From Myxococcota bacterium (GTDB taxonomy: Bacteria; Myxococcota_A; UBA796; UBA2385): a stretch of 64,000 bases of DNA. The stretch covers positions 215,318-279,317 of the forward strand of contig CALOBC010000001.1 of the NCBI GenBank assembly GCA_942491145.1, in the 5' to 3' direction. A program made the translations under genes and the position numbers. The notes under the pieces were generated by a model that saw nothing but the letters and a program-made list of their open reading frames with translations, ran no database searches and was not told the origin of the DNA. Position 1 is the stretch's first letter, and every line of letters begins with the position of its first letter. Of this stretch, positions 28,832 through 38,008 are shown piece by piece.

Positions 28832-30430
28832 CTACCCCTTCGTATTGCTCAATGCTCTGGTTCGGCGGCGCCAACCGAGGGACAACGGCATCAACAGGCC
28901 CATCGGGAGCACTTGAGACCAGCCGCAGCCGACACCCGAGGTGCCGGGCCCAGGGAGCACCGCACGTCCGGCCCCGAGCTCACCGTCGGCAGCCGCCCAG
29001 GTGGCCCCCCCTGCCACAGCCCCGCCACGCAAGCGATCGGCAGCGTCCCGCGCGGTCAGCCGGGGGTCCTCGCTCATCAACAGGGCGATCGCGGCCGCGA
29101 CCGCAGGGGTGGCCGCCGAGGTGCCGAAGAACCCGCGCGGTCCATAGATCGCGGTGGAGAGGCCGTCTGGACCGGCGATGTCCGGCTTGGGGAGGCCCGC
29201 ATGGGTGGGGCCTTCAGAGGAGAACTCTTCGGCACCGTTGCGCAGGTAGCCGTCCGCCCGCACCGCACCGACCGTGAACACCGAAGGATGGTTGCCCGGA
29301 TCGGTGATCGACCCCTCCGGTCGGCCCTGCCACACGTTCCCGCTGCGCGCCATGATGTCGAAGCGGGTGGCCGGCACACCGCCGGCATGGTGCACCACCG
29401 CGTAGTACCAGCCCGCTTCAGCCGCGTTGACCGTGGCCCGCTCCACCGGCTGGCAGTCCTGACCGTCTTCCCCGCCGCCGGGGACTTGGACTTCCCGCGA
29501 GCGGCCCACGAGGTCGCCCGCCTCGTTGTATACGTAGAGATCTAGGTCAGTGTCACCACAATTGCCGAAGTCGTCCCAGATCAGGTTGATGCGCTGGGTG
29601 CCCGCCCCCCACTCGATGGGCAGGGCTTGCCCGCCTTGGCCCGGGAAGTCATGCACGCCGTCCCGATCGCGATCCTCGAAGTGGTCCCAGTGGTGCTCAG
29701 TCGCGTAGTTGCCCGCGCTGGTGACCATCAGGACGCCCGCGGCGCTGAGCTCGTCCATCACCGCGTTGACCGGGCCCAGTCCCTCGTAGAACGACTCATT
29801 GAAGTAGCTCAGCGACATCGAGATGACGTCCACTTCGTTGCGAATGGCCCAGTCTACGGCGTTCTCAAGACTGGTGAGCCCGCTGACCCGCACGAGGGAC
29901 AGGCGCGCATCGGGCGCAATGTCGTGGATGACCTCGGCGCAGGCAACCCCGTGGGAGCCAAACTCGGACCGGCTGGCGGGGTTGATGCTGTTGATCTCGG
30001 GGCCACAGGACCGGTGGGCAAAGCAGTCGTGGGTGGTGAACTCGCCCAGCTCTTCGGTGTAGAGATCGAGGTCCTGCCACTGCAGATCGAAGACCGCCAC
30101 ATGCACGCCTTGGCCGCGGTAGCCGGCGTCGTGCCAGGGGGTCGCATCCAGCGCAGCGATGGCCCCGTCGGCCACCACACTGTCGATCTCGGGCACCGGC
30201 TCGGGGCGCCATCGCAGCCGGGGGTCGTCGGGCGGGGCGGCCAGCACACTGCCATGGCGGCTGGTGGCCAGTGCTCCGGGCAAATCTGGAACGTCCACCC
30301 GGACCAAGCGCACCTCGGCCGGCAGGTCTTGGGCCGCGATGTCCGCAGGGGGCAGGTCAGCGGGGTACATGCGAGCGAGCCTCCGAGCGAGGGGCTCAGG
30401 TAGCCTGAATTGCCCTCCCTGCCCCATCAT
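28832..30430 (-). CDS. Subtilisin-like S8 serine peptidase with a MYXO-CTERM-like C-terminal tail
   Basis: Catalytic triad contexts: D (VHVAVFD), H (GSHGVACAEV) and S (GTSAATPAVAAAIALL). The C-terminus is ...GCGWSQVLPMGLLMPLSLGWRRRTRA (Cys, a short hydrophobic stretch, then an Arg cluster). No obvious N-terminal signal peptide. Confidence 0.8.
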   Translation of the reverse strand: MMGQGGQFRLPEPLARRLARMYPADLPPADIAAQDLPAEVRLVRVDVPDLPGALATSRHGSVLAAPPDDPRLRWRPEPVPEIDSVVADGAIAALDATPWHDAGYRGQGVHVAVFDLQWQDLDLYTEELGEFTTHDCFAHRSCGPEINSINPASRSEFGSHGVACAEVIHDIAPDARLSLVRVSGLTSLENAVDWAIRNEVDVISMSLSYFNESFYEGLGPVNAVMDELSAAGVLMVTSAGNYATEHHWDHFEDRDRDGVHDFPGQGGQALPIEWGAGTQRINLIWDDFGNCGDTDLDLYVYNEAGDLVGRSREVQVPGGGEDGQDCQPVERATVNAAEAGWYYAVVHHAGGVPATRFDIMARSGNVWQGRPEGSITDPGNHPSVFTVGAVRADGYLRNGAEEFSSEGPTHAGLPKPDIAGPDGLSTAIYGPRGFFGTSAATPAVAAAIALLMSEDPRLTARDAADRLRGGAVAGGATWAAADGELGAGRAVLPGPGTSGVGCGWSQVLPMGLLMPLSLGWRRRTRALSNTKG

Positions 30431-30445
30431 CCGGTGCGATCAGCC

Positions 30446-31213
30446 ATGAGTTCCAAGCCCTTTCCCTGGCGCCTGCGCATCGAACACGAAGGGCGGAATT
30501 CACTCCGGCTGGAGCGTCCCGGCCGCACCGTGCGCTTCGATCCCATCCTTCCGCCGTCGCCCGACGACATCGTCGTGCTGAGCTGGAATTGGCCCGAGCA
30601 CCTCAGCGCCACCCGAGACGCCGTCGTCGCTGGCACATGCCCGACCGTCGTGGCCCACGCCCACATCACGTCGTGGCTAGCCGGACTGGGCGCGGTGGAA
30701 GGTCGACCGGCACCGTTCCAGATCGACGGGCTCGAGATCGTGCAGGAGCCCTACACCCCCATCGACTCGGCCACCCCCAGCGAGACGGTGCACAAGCTCG
30801 CCAGCGCCATGCGACGCCCCGATCGGGCAGCGCGCCGACTGCTGCAAAAGCGTGGACTGCCGGATGCTGCGCCCCTGATCACCCAGATCACATTCCCCGA
30901 TGGCGCACGGTTGCTCCACCTCAACTTGTCGCTGCATCGGGACACCCCCGTGGAGTGGCTCGACGATGTGCTGGCCCGCTACGGCGAGCCCGAGTGGCTG
31001 GTGGTCGGCATCGATCATGGTCACGGTGACGCTGTTCTCGAGATGGTCCCGAAGTTCAAGGCACGCTTTGTGATCTTCACCGACCTGCTGGTGGAGACCC
31101 GCCGCAGCCTCGGTCTGCCGATCGAATTGCTGACGCCCGTGGGCGACAGTGCAAAATCTTCGGGCCTCGATGCGTATGTGTTCGTGAGCGGCGCTGGCTT
31201 GCGCTTCGAATAG
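30446..31213 (+). CDS. Hypothetical protein
   Basis: ORF with typical high-GC codon pattern, starting at MSSKPFPWRLRIEHEG. No motif recognised. Confidence 0.45.
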   Translation: MSSKPFPWRLRIEHEGRNSLRLERPGRTVRFDPILPPSPDDIVVLSWNWPEHLSATRDAVVAGTCPTVVAHAHITSWLAGLGAVEGRPAPFQIDGLEIVQEPYTPIDSATPSETVHKLASAMRRPDRAARRLLQKRGLPDAAPLITQITFPDGARLLHLNLSLHRDTPVEWLDDVLARYGEPEWLVVGIDHGHGDAVLEMVPKFKARFVIFTDLLVETRRSLGLPIELLTPVGDSAKSSGLDAYVFVSGAGLRFE

Positions 31214-31303
31214 CGAACCCACGCTGCCCCTTGCCCCTGGCCCCCGCGCGAGTACGATTCTGCCGCGCGGATCCCACCCCCGCGGCACCCACACGGAGTT
31301 GAA

Positions 31304-32698
31304 GTGAGCTTCTGGAACACCCTCAAGACCCACGCCAAGGCCCAGTTCCTGGACGTCATCCAGTGGATGGAGGACGACCGCGACACCGTGGTGTACCGCT
31401 TCCCCGTGTTCAACCAGGCCATCCAAGATGGCGCCAAGCTGGTGGTTCGCGAAGGTCAGGCGTCCGTCTTCTTGTCCGAAGGCAAGATGTCGGACAGCTT
31501 CGGCCCCGGCACCTACGAGCTCTCGAGCCGCACAAAAGCCATCATGGGCTTCTTCGAGAGCATCAAGTACGGGCTGAACTACCCCTACAAGGGCGACATC
31601 TTCTTCGTCAGCACTCGGCGGTTCACCGAGCAGAAGTGGGGAACGCCCGGTCCCATCCCGATGATGGACAAGCAGCTCGGCCCGGTGCGCATCCGTGCGT
31701 TCGGCATCTACTCCTGGCGAGTGGTCGATCCGGCGATGCTGCTGCGTGAGCTGGTCGGCAACCAGGGCCTGTTCACGACCGACGAGATCCAGGGCCAGTT
31801 CCGCCGCAAGCTCGTGAGCGCGTTCACCGACACGCTGGGCGAGATGAACATGCCGGTGCTGGAGCTCGCCTCCCAGTACATGGACATTGGCGACGCGCTG
31901 CGTACCCGCATGTCGCCCTGGTTCGAGTCCAACTACGGCATCCAGCTCACCGACTTTGTGGTCGAGCGGGTCAGCCTGCCGCCCGAAGTCGAGAAGATGC
32001 TCGACAAGCGCACGAGCATGAACATCGTGGGCGACGTGAACCAGTTTGCCGCCTTTGAGCGCGCGAGCGCCGTGTCCGGCATGGTCGACGCTGCGAAGAT
32101 GGCGGCCGGTCGCCCGGGGTCCAGCAACCAGATGATGGACGCCGGCATGGGCCTCGCCATGGGCAACATGATGGGTGGCATGATGGGCGGCCAGCAACAG
32201 CCGTACCAGGGCCAGCCCCAGGGTGGCCCGATGGCCGGCCAGATGGGCGCGGGCATGGCGCCCCCTCCCCCGCCGCCGATGAACACGGTCTACCACTACA
32301 ATGGCCCCTCTGGTCAGTCCCAGGGCTCCGCCCAAGACGTGGCCTTCAAGGTGGGCGCCGACCGCGCCGGCAAGCACATGGTGTGGGCCCAGGGCTTTGC
32401 ATCGTGGAAGACGTGGAACGAGGTCGCGGAGATTGCGTCCCTCGTGCCCCCGGCCGCACCGCCGCCCCCGCCCATGGGTGGACCGGAAGCCACGTTCCAC
32501 TACAACGGTCCCGACGGCCAGATGGAGCTCACTGCGAGCGAAGTCCGCACCCGGGTGACCGCCAGCCCCGACGCCCGCCACCTCGTGTGGAAGGACGGCA
32601 TGGCCGGGTGGGAAGAGGCTTCGAGCATCGCCGAGATCATGAACGCAGGTGGACCGCCGCCAGCGCCGGGCGGACCGCCGCCCCCGCCCCCGATGTAG
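31304..32698 (+). CDS. SPFH/band-7 domain protein with two C-terminal DUF4339 (GYF-like) domains and poly-Pro linkers
   Basis: N-terminal SPFH-like region. Two copies of ...YHYNGP(S/D)GQ...(G/A)W.... A PPPPPPM C-terminus. Confidence 0.75.
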   Translation: MSFWNTLKTHAKAQFLDVIQWMEDDRDTVVYRFPVFNQAIQDGAKLVVREGQASVFLSEGKMSDSFGPGTYELSSRTKAIMGFFESIKYGLNYPYKGDIFFVSTRRFTEQKWGTPGPIPMMDKQLGPVRIRAFGIYSWRVVDPAMLLRELVGNQGLFTTDEIQGQFRRKLVSAFTDTLGEMNMPVLELASQYMDIGDALRTRMSPWFESNYGIQLTDFVVERVSLPPEVEKMLDKRTSMNIVGDVNQFAAFERASAVSGMVDAAKMAAGRPGSSNQMMDAGMGLAMGNMMGGMMGGQQQPYQGQPQGGPMAGQMGAGMAPPPPPPMNTVYHYNGPSGQSQGSAQDVAFKVGADRAGKHMVWAQGFASWKTWNEVAEIASLVPPAAPPPPPMGGPEATFHYNGPDGQMELTASEVRTRVTASPDARHLVWKDGMAGWEEASSIAEIMNAGGPPPAPGGPPPPPPM

Positions 32699-32749
32699 GC
32701 GGACTGGCTTGACGCTCCCACCCGCCGCCCGTGCTTCGGACCTGACGCT

Positions 32750-33671
32750 TCAGGTCTGGCGCCGGGCGGCTTGTGTGCGTCTTGCCCTCGACGAATCTTG
32801 GCCGCTGGCGGAGCTGGCGCGGTGGCAGCGCCCCTTGAATGCCCGTCTCAGCGTGGTTCCCGTCGACGGACGTGGCGAGCCAGCAGCCCAACAACCTGGC
32901 GCCCCACCCTTGCCTTTGTTGCTCGCGGACGCTTGGGCGTCCGGGCCGCCACGGCTGGTGCGCCGTCGAACCGGCAGCCTGACGCGCTTGGGCTCCCGCC
33001 GACATCCCGCCGCGGCCGCACTGCTCGCCGGACCATCGGCGCTGGGACTCCACGGCCACGTGTTGGTCCCCCTCCGCACCCACCGCATTCTGGTCGCCCC
33101 CCTCGGGGACGAAGCGGCGCTCGACGCCCTGTGCGATGCCGCCGAAGGTGCCCGAGAAGCGGACGACCGGCTGCTCATGGAACCCCTCGTGGCCAGCGAT
33201 GGGCCGTTTCCGTGGACCCGCTGGCAGCCCCCGGCCGGCACCCCCCTCGCCCACCGTGTGGCCCGCCTGCGCGCGCTGCAAGACCTTGACGACTACCGCC
33301 TCCAGCACGATGCTTTCGTCAACAGTGACGAGCGGGCGGGCCACATCCGCCACTGGTCCACACTCAAGCTGCATCGTCGCGCCGGGGTGGCGGGCGGCGT
33401 GGTGAGCACAGCGATCTGGATGCCCTTCGAGACGGTCCTGCCGGCGGCCGATCTGGTTCGGGTGGTGCTCCCCGGGGACGAGCTCTGGGAGGTCTGGGTG
33501 GACGAGATCCTCGACATCTTCACCGCCGAGACCCGGCCCCTGGCCCATGCTTGGCCGCCGCGCTTTGTCACCCGCGGGGGCTTTCCCCAAGCCCACCATG
33601 CCCGGCTCCGGGGTGCGGGCACCCTCGTGGGCCACACCCGCGCGGCGGTGGTGGAGGTCGAGACGGACTGA
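32750..33671 (+). CDS. Hypothetical protein (strand choice uncertain)
   Basis: The plus-strand 340-aa ORF reads as a balanced protein. The overlapping minus-strand 359-aa ORF is Gly/Arg-rich and looks like an antisense shadow. Confidence 0.35.
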
Positions 33672-33754
33672 CCCGCCCTGACCCGCCCTGGTCGCAAGAC
33701 ACGGACGGGCCGACACCCCCGTTGTGCGTGGTGTCGACCCGCCCCGCTCAACCC

Positions 33755-35542
33755 TCAGAGCTCGCCGGGCTCGTCATGGGCCGGGGTCAGCGTGTTGTGC
33801 ACGTAGAGCTCCGCAAGCTGGGCGGCGTCCACAAAGTTGGGCGCGTCGGCCATGATGTCCTGGGCACTCGCCGTCTTCGGGAAAGCGATGACGTCGCGGA
33901 TGTTCTCAGTGCCCGTGAGCAGCATGATCCAGCGGTCAAAGCCCATCGCCAAGCCACCGTGGGGCGGCGCGCCGTACTGGAGCGCGTCCAGCAAGAAGCC
34001 AAACTTGTTTTGGGCCTCTTCCATGGTCAGACCCAGAGCATCAAACACTTGCTGCTGCACGTCGGAGGAGTGGATCCGGATGCTGCCGCCGCCGATCTCG
34101 TAGCCATTGCAGACGATGTCGTAGGCATCGGACAGCACATCCGCCATCCGAGTGGTGCCGAGCAGCTCGATGTGCTCGTCGATCGGCTTGGTGAAGGGAT
34201 GGTGCATCGCAACCCAGCGCAGGTTCTCTTCGTCCCAGTCGAACGCGGGGAAGGCCACAACCCACACAAACGAGAACTTGCCGTCTTCGAGCATGCCCGT
34301 CTCTTTGGCGATGTGGGCACGCAGGCGTCCCAGCCCGGCGTTGACATGGGCCGCAGGGCCCGCGCCCACCAGCACAAGGTCGCCCAGCTCGACACCCTCA
34401 AGCTGGTCGCGCAGCTCGGGCTCGACCTTCGACAATGGCCCAGACCAGCCCTTTTCGGTGACCTTGCCCCAGAGCAGACCACCCAGCCGGTAGCGCTTCA
34501 CGAAGTCGGTCCAGCCGTCGATGACCTTGCGGCTGGCGGTCGTGGCGCCCCCCTTCACCACCATCGCCTTGACGAGCCCACCGGCATCGGTCGCACTGCG
34601 CACCACCCGGAACTCAGAAGCGGACCAGTCGAGGGTCTGGTGCTCCATGCCAAAGCGGGTGTCGGGGTTGTCGACGCCAAAGCGCCGCATCGACTCGGCA
34701 TAAGTGATGATCGGGATCTCACCGACATCCACGCCCCGCACGTCCTTCCAGACCTTGCGGATCATGTCGCTGCAGATCGACGTCACCATCTCGGTGTTGA
34801 CGAAGCTGAGCTCCATGTCGATCTGGGTGAACTCGGGCTGGCGGTCGGCCCGCAGGTCTTCATCGCGGAAGCACTTGGCGAGCTGGTAGTAGCGGTCGAA
34901 GCCGGAGACCATCAGCAGCTGCTTGAAGATCTGGGGGCTCTGGGGCAACGCGTACCACTGGCCAGGATGCACCCGGCTTGGCACGAGGTAGTCCCGAGCA
35001 CCTTCCGGGGTTGACCGATTGAGCACCGGGGTCTCCACTTCAATGAAGCCCTGGCCGTTCAGGAACTCGCGCACCACACCCGCCGTGCGTGCCCGCAGGA
35101 ACAACTTCTGTTGCAGCTCGGGGCGACGAAGGTCGATGTAGCGGTGCTTCAGGCGAACTTCTTCGCTGGCCTCGTTGCCCTTGCCCCCAATGGTGAACGG
35201 CATGGGCTTGGTGGAGCTGAGGATGGTCAGCTCCTCCGGCAACACCTCGATCTCGCCCGTGTCCATGTCGCCATTGGCCATGCCGGGCTGGCGCTCGTGC
35301 ACCGTGCCTTTCACTTGCACGACGTACTCGAGGCGCACGCGACGCCCCACTTCCCAGGGTTGCTCGCCGACACGCTCGTCCACCGTGATCTGGACGATGC
35401 CCGTGCGGTCGCGGAGCACCAGGAACATCACCCCGCCCTTCTCGCGGACGAAGTTGGCCCAGCCCTGGAGGACGACCGACTGGCCGACGTCTTCGCGACG
35501 CAGCTCGCCACAGGTATGGGTGCGCGGAATGAGGCCAGACAT
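33755..35542 (-). CDS. aspS: Aspartate--tRNA ligase
   Basis: Class II aaRS motifs: [23 protein letters not shown] (motif 2) and [16 protein letters not shown] (motif 3), plus an N-terminal OB-fold anticodon-binding domain. Start taken at [18 protein letters not shown]. Confidence 0.9.
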   Translation of the reverse strand: MSGLIPRTHTCGELRREDVGQSVVLQGWANFVREKGGVMFLVLRDRTGIVQITVDERVGEQPWEVGRRVRLEYVVQVKGTVHERQPGMANGDMDTGEIEVLPEELTILSSTKPMPFTIGGKGNEASEEVRLKHRYIDLRRPELQQKLFLRARTAGVVREFLNGQGFIEVETPVLNRSTPEGARDYLVPSRVHPGQWYALPQSPQIFKQLLMVSGFDRYYQLAKCFRDEDLRADRQPEFTQIDMELSFVNTEMVTSICSDMIRKVWKDVRGVDVGEIPIITYAESMRRFGVDNPDTRFGMEHQTLDWSASEFRVVRSATDAGGLVKAMVVKGGATTASRKVIDGWTDFVKRYRLGGLLWGKVTEKGWSGPLSKVEPELRDQLEGVELGDLVLVGAGPAAHVNAGLGRLRAHIAKETGMLEDGKFSFVWVVAFPAFDWDEENLRWVAMHHPFTKPIDEHIELLGTTRMADVLSDAYDIVCNGYEIGGGSIRIHSSDVQQQVFDALGLTMEEAQNKFGFLLDALQYGAPPHGGLAMGFDRWIMLLTGTENIRDVIAFPKTASAQDIMADAPNFVDAAQLAELYVHNTLTPAHDEPGEL

Positions 35543-35635
35543 GGATGCTCCCGGGGGACAGTTCATTGGCCGCCGGCCATATCACGCCCCGTTGCCCCGG
35601 GCAGGATCACCGCCCCCCGCATCCCTGGTGTTGGG

Positions 35636-36373
35636 TCAGAACCCAACCTTGCGCATGACCGCCCGAGGGAGGTGCAGAATCACCAGCATCACCAAGCGCC
35701 AGATGGCCGGCGCGTAGACCATCGGCGTGCCCCGGTCGATCGCCCGCAGCACTTGACGGGCGACCGCATCGGGCTCGCCAGCGAACGGTGGCGGCTTGAG
35801 CCCAGCCGTCATGCCCGTCTTCACGAAGCCCGGCTTCACGCAGATCGTGACCAGCCCCTGCTCGCGGTACTTGTGGTCCAGGCTCTCCAGGTAGTGGGAC
35901 AAGCCCGCCTTGGACGCACCATAGATGGCCACCGGCTTGCGCCCACGGTCGCCGGCGACGCTGCTGAACACACACAAGCGCCCGCCTCCCCGGGACAACA
36001 TGCGCCGGCGCACTTCTTCGCAGAACACCACTGTGTTGGTGAAGTTGATGCGCAGCAGACGCTCGGCCAAGGCACCGTCCTGTTCCAGCGCGTCTTGTGT
36101 TGCAAACATGCCCGCCGACACCACCACACAGTCGAAGCGACCCAACGCAGCGTCCGCTTCGTCCAGGGCCGCCACAAACCCGCCAGGCTCGGCCAAGTCA
36201 CACAGGCCCCACTTCACCTCACCCTGCCCCCCGCGCACCGTGAGGTCCGTCGCGCTGCGGGCCAGCTCTTCGGGGTCGCGACCCAGCAAGAACAGCGCGT
36301 CCCCTCGCTCGGCCATGCGCCGCGCAAGTGCCCGTCCCATGCCCTTTGTCGCTCCCAGCAGCACCACTCGCAT
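35636..36373 (-). CDS. SDR-family reductase, DprE2-like (decaprenylphospho-2'-keto-ribose reductase homologue)
   Basis: 245 aa. MRVVLLGATKGMGRAL Rossmann motif and YGASKAG catalytic YxxxK. Lies immediately downstream of, and co-oriented with, the DprE1-like gene, as dprE1-dprE2 are in mycobacteria. Confidence 0.75.
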   Translation of the reverse strand: MRVVLLGATKGMGRALARRMAERGDALFLLGRDPEELARSATDLTVRGGQGEVKWGLCDLAEPGGFVAALDEADAALGRFDCVVVSAGMFATQDALEQDGALAERLLRINFTNTVVFCEEVRRRMLSRGGGRLCVFSSVAGDRGRKPVAIYGASKAGLSHYLESLDHKYREQGLVTICVKPGFVKTGMTAGLKPPPFAGEPDAVARQVLRAIDRGTPMVYAPAIWRLVMLVILHLPRAVMRKVGF

Positions 36374-36438
36374 GTCAGACCTCCACTGTGGCCTGTCGGC
36401 CGGCCGGGCCCCCTATCCTCGCCGGCCCCCGAGGGCCT

Positions 36439-37902
36439 TCAGCGGGACTCGCCCCAGACCGGATCGCCCAGCAAGCGCACCGACAGCGCACTCCGCAACC
36501 GCAAGTCCGGGTCCCAGCGCTTGCGAATCTCCATGAACCGGTCCAGCCGGGGCTCCATGGCGCGAAAGTGCTCCGCCCGCGTGAAGCGGTCCTTGGTCAT
36601 GTAGATGCGGCCGCCTCGCTCCACCACAAACTCGTTCATGCGGTCCACCAGGCGCTGGGTGTCGTCGTCGATGCGCAGGTCGATGGCGATGGACACACCG
36701 GGCATGGGATAGCTGAGGATGCCCTGGCCTTCGGCACCACAGTCCTTGATCACACACAGGAAGCACGCACCGCCCTCACGCCGCAGCAGCTCGATCAGCT
36801 CGGCGGTCGCCTTCTTCCCGGCAGTGTAGGGCAGCACACACTGGTACTGGGTCATGCCGCCGGTGCGGCCATACATGCGGTTCCACGAACCGAGCACATC
36901 CAAGGGGTAGAAGAAGCTGCTCGGGTGGGCGATGCCGTCCTTCGTGCGGCTGAGGTGCTTCCAGTAGTACAGCCCGTTGAAGATCTTCATCAGGTGCTTG
37001 TTCACCAGCCAATTGGGCATGATGTCGGGCACCGAGAGCTGGGGCTTTCGGGCGGGCATCCGGCGGGGAGCTTCGGCCGGCGTGGCCCAGCGCCCGCAGT
37101 CGAGAATGCCCCGTCCCAGGCCATCTCCGTCCTTCAAGCAGTCCACCCAACCCACCGTCATCGGCCACTCGTCCGACGTGTCGTGCAGCCGCTGCAGAAA
37201 GGCCCCCAGGTTGGGCAGCCGCTCGCTGTGTTGGCGAATCCACGGCGTGGGCACCCGGTTTAGCCGCAAGCCCACTTCCAAGATGTGCCCGGTCAGGCCC
37301 ATGCCACCCACCGTGGCCCAGAACAGGTCGGGTTCTTGCTGGGGGGTGCACTCGATGATGCGCCCGTCGGCCACCATGATGCGCAGGTGGGTCAGGAAGC
37401 CACCGATTGTGCCCGCAGAGTGGTGGTTCTTGCCGTGCACATCGCTGGCGACCATGCCCCCGAGGGTCACTTGGGCCGTCCCGGGGGTCACCGGCGTGAA
37501 CCAGCCGCGACGCAAAAAGACCTCGTTCATGTCCGCGAGGGCCAGTCCCGCTTCTGCACGGAGGTCACCCGTGGCCGGGTCAAACGCGACAATGCGGTCA
37601 GCGAGGGTGGTCCGGGCGAGCAAGGGCCGGTCTGGCGGCGGATAGCAAGCATCCCCATAGGACCGCCCCAGGCCCCGGGAGAGGGTCGCCGGCCCACACA
37701 GCCGATCCAAGCGCTCGCCTGCCAGCTCCACCACCGTGGCCCCTTTGCGGCCCCAGCCCTCGACATAGGTGGGCTGAACCCGGCCCGGAATGGACGTCAG
37801 GTGGGCACTCTCGACGCGACCCGCCCCAGCCGGGGACCGGGCATCGGTGGCAGGGCCTGCACGGTCAGGCACGGAGGGCGCAGGGGCAGCAGACTCGGGC
37901 AT
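36439..37902 (-). CDS. FAD-dependent oxidase, DprE1-like (decaprenylphosphoryl-beta-D-ribose 2'-oxidase homologue)
   Basis: EGWGRK, then SRGLGRSYGD, then VTPGTAQVTLGGMVASDVHGKNHH match my recollection of M. tuberculosis DprE1 (GWGR...ARGLGRSYGDNAQ...[24 protein letters not shown]) almost residue for residue. Confidence 0.8.
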   Translation of the reverse strand: MPESAAPAPSVPDRAGPATDARSPAGAGRVESAHLTSIPGRVQPTYVEGWGRKGATVVELAGERLDRLCGPATLSRGLGRSYGDACYPPPDRPLLARTTLADRIVAFDPATGDLRAEAGLALADMNEVFLRRGWFTPVTPGTAQVTLGGMVASDVHGKNHHSAGTIGGFLTHLRIMVADGRIIECTPQQEPDLFWATVGGMGLTGHILEVGLRLNRVPTPWIRQHSERLPNLGAFLQRLHDTSDEWPMTVGWVDCLKDGDGLGRGILDCGRWATPAEAPRRMPARKPQLSVPDIMPNWLVNKHLMKIFNGLYYWKHLSRTKDGIAHPSSFFYPLDVLGSWNRMYGRTGGMTQYQCVLPYTAGKKATAELIELLRREGGACFLCVIKDCGAEGQGILSYPMPGVSIAIDLRIDDDTQRLVDRMNEFVVERGGRIYMTKDRFTRAEHFRAMEPRLDRFMEIRKRWDPDLRLRSALSVRLLGDPVWGESR

Positions 37903-38008
37903 CGGGGCTCCTCATGCGAAGGCCAGCGACTAACCCGCCCGACCGGGGGCTCAGGAGTTGCCCCCCCCAATCCGTAGCCCCGTCTGCGCCCCAGCACCGG
38001 ATCTCTCC

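Noticed and set aside
24886-29277. 1463-aa plus-strand ORF
   Set aside because: It runs antisense through three well-supported minus-strand genes (cytochrome c, FG-GAP lipoprotein, S8 protease). The translation is Arg/Gly/Pro-rich nonsense with no motifs. Such long antisense ORFs are an artefact of GC-rich codon usage.
32637-33716. Minus-strand 359-aa ORF overlapping the plus-strand hypothetical gene
   Set aside because: The composition is Gly/Arg/Ala-heavy and looks like a shadow. The plus-strand reading gives the more protein-like sequence. Neither reading is strongly supported, so the plus gene is kept at low confidence.
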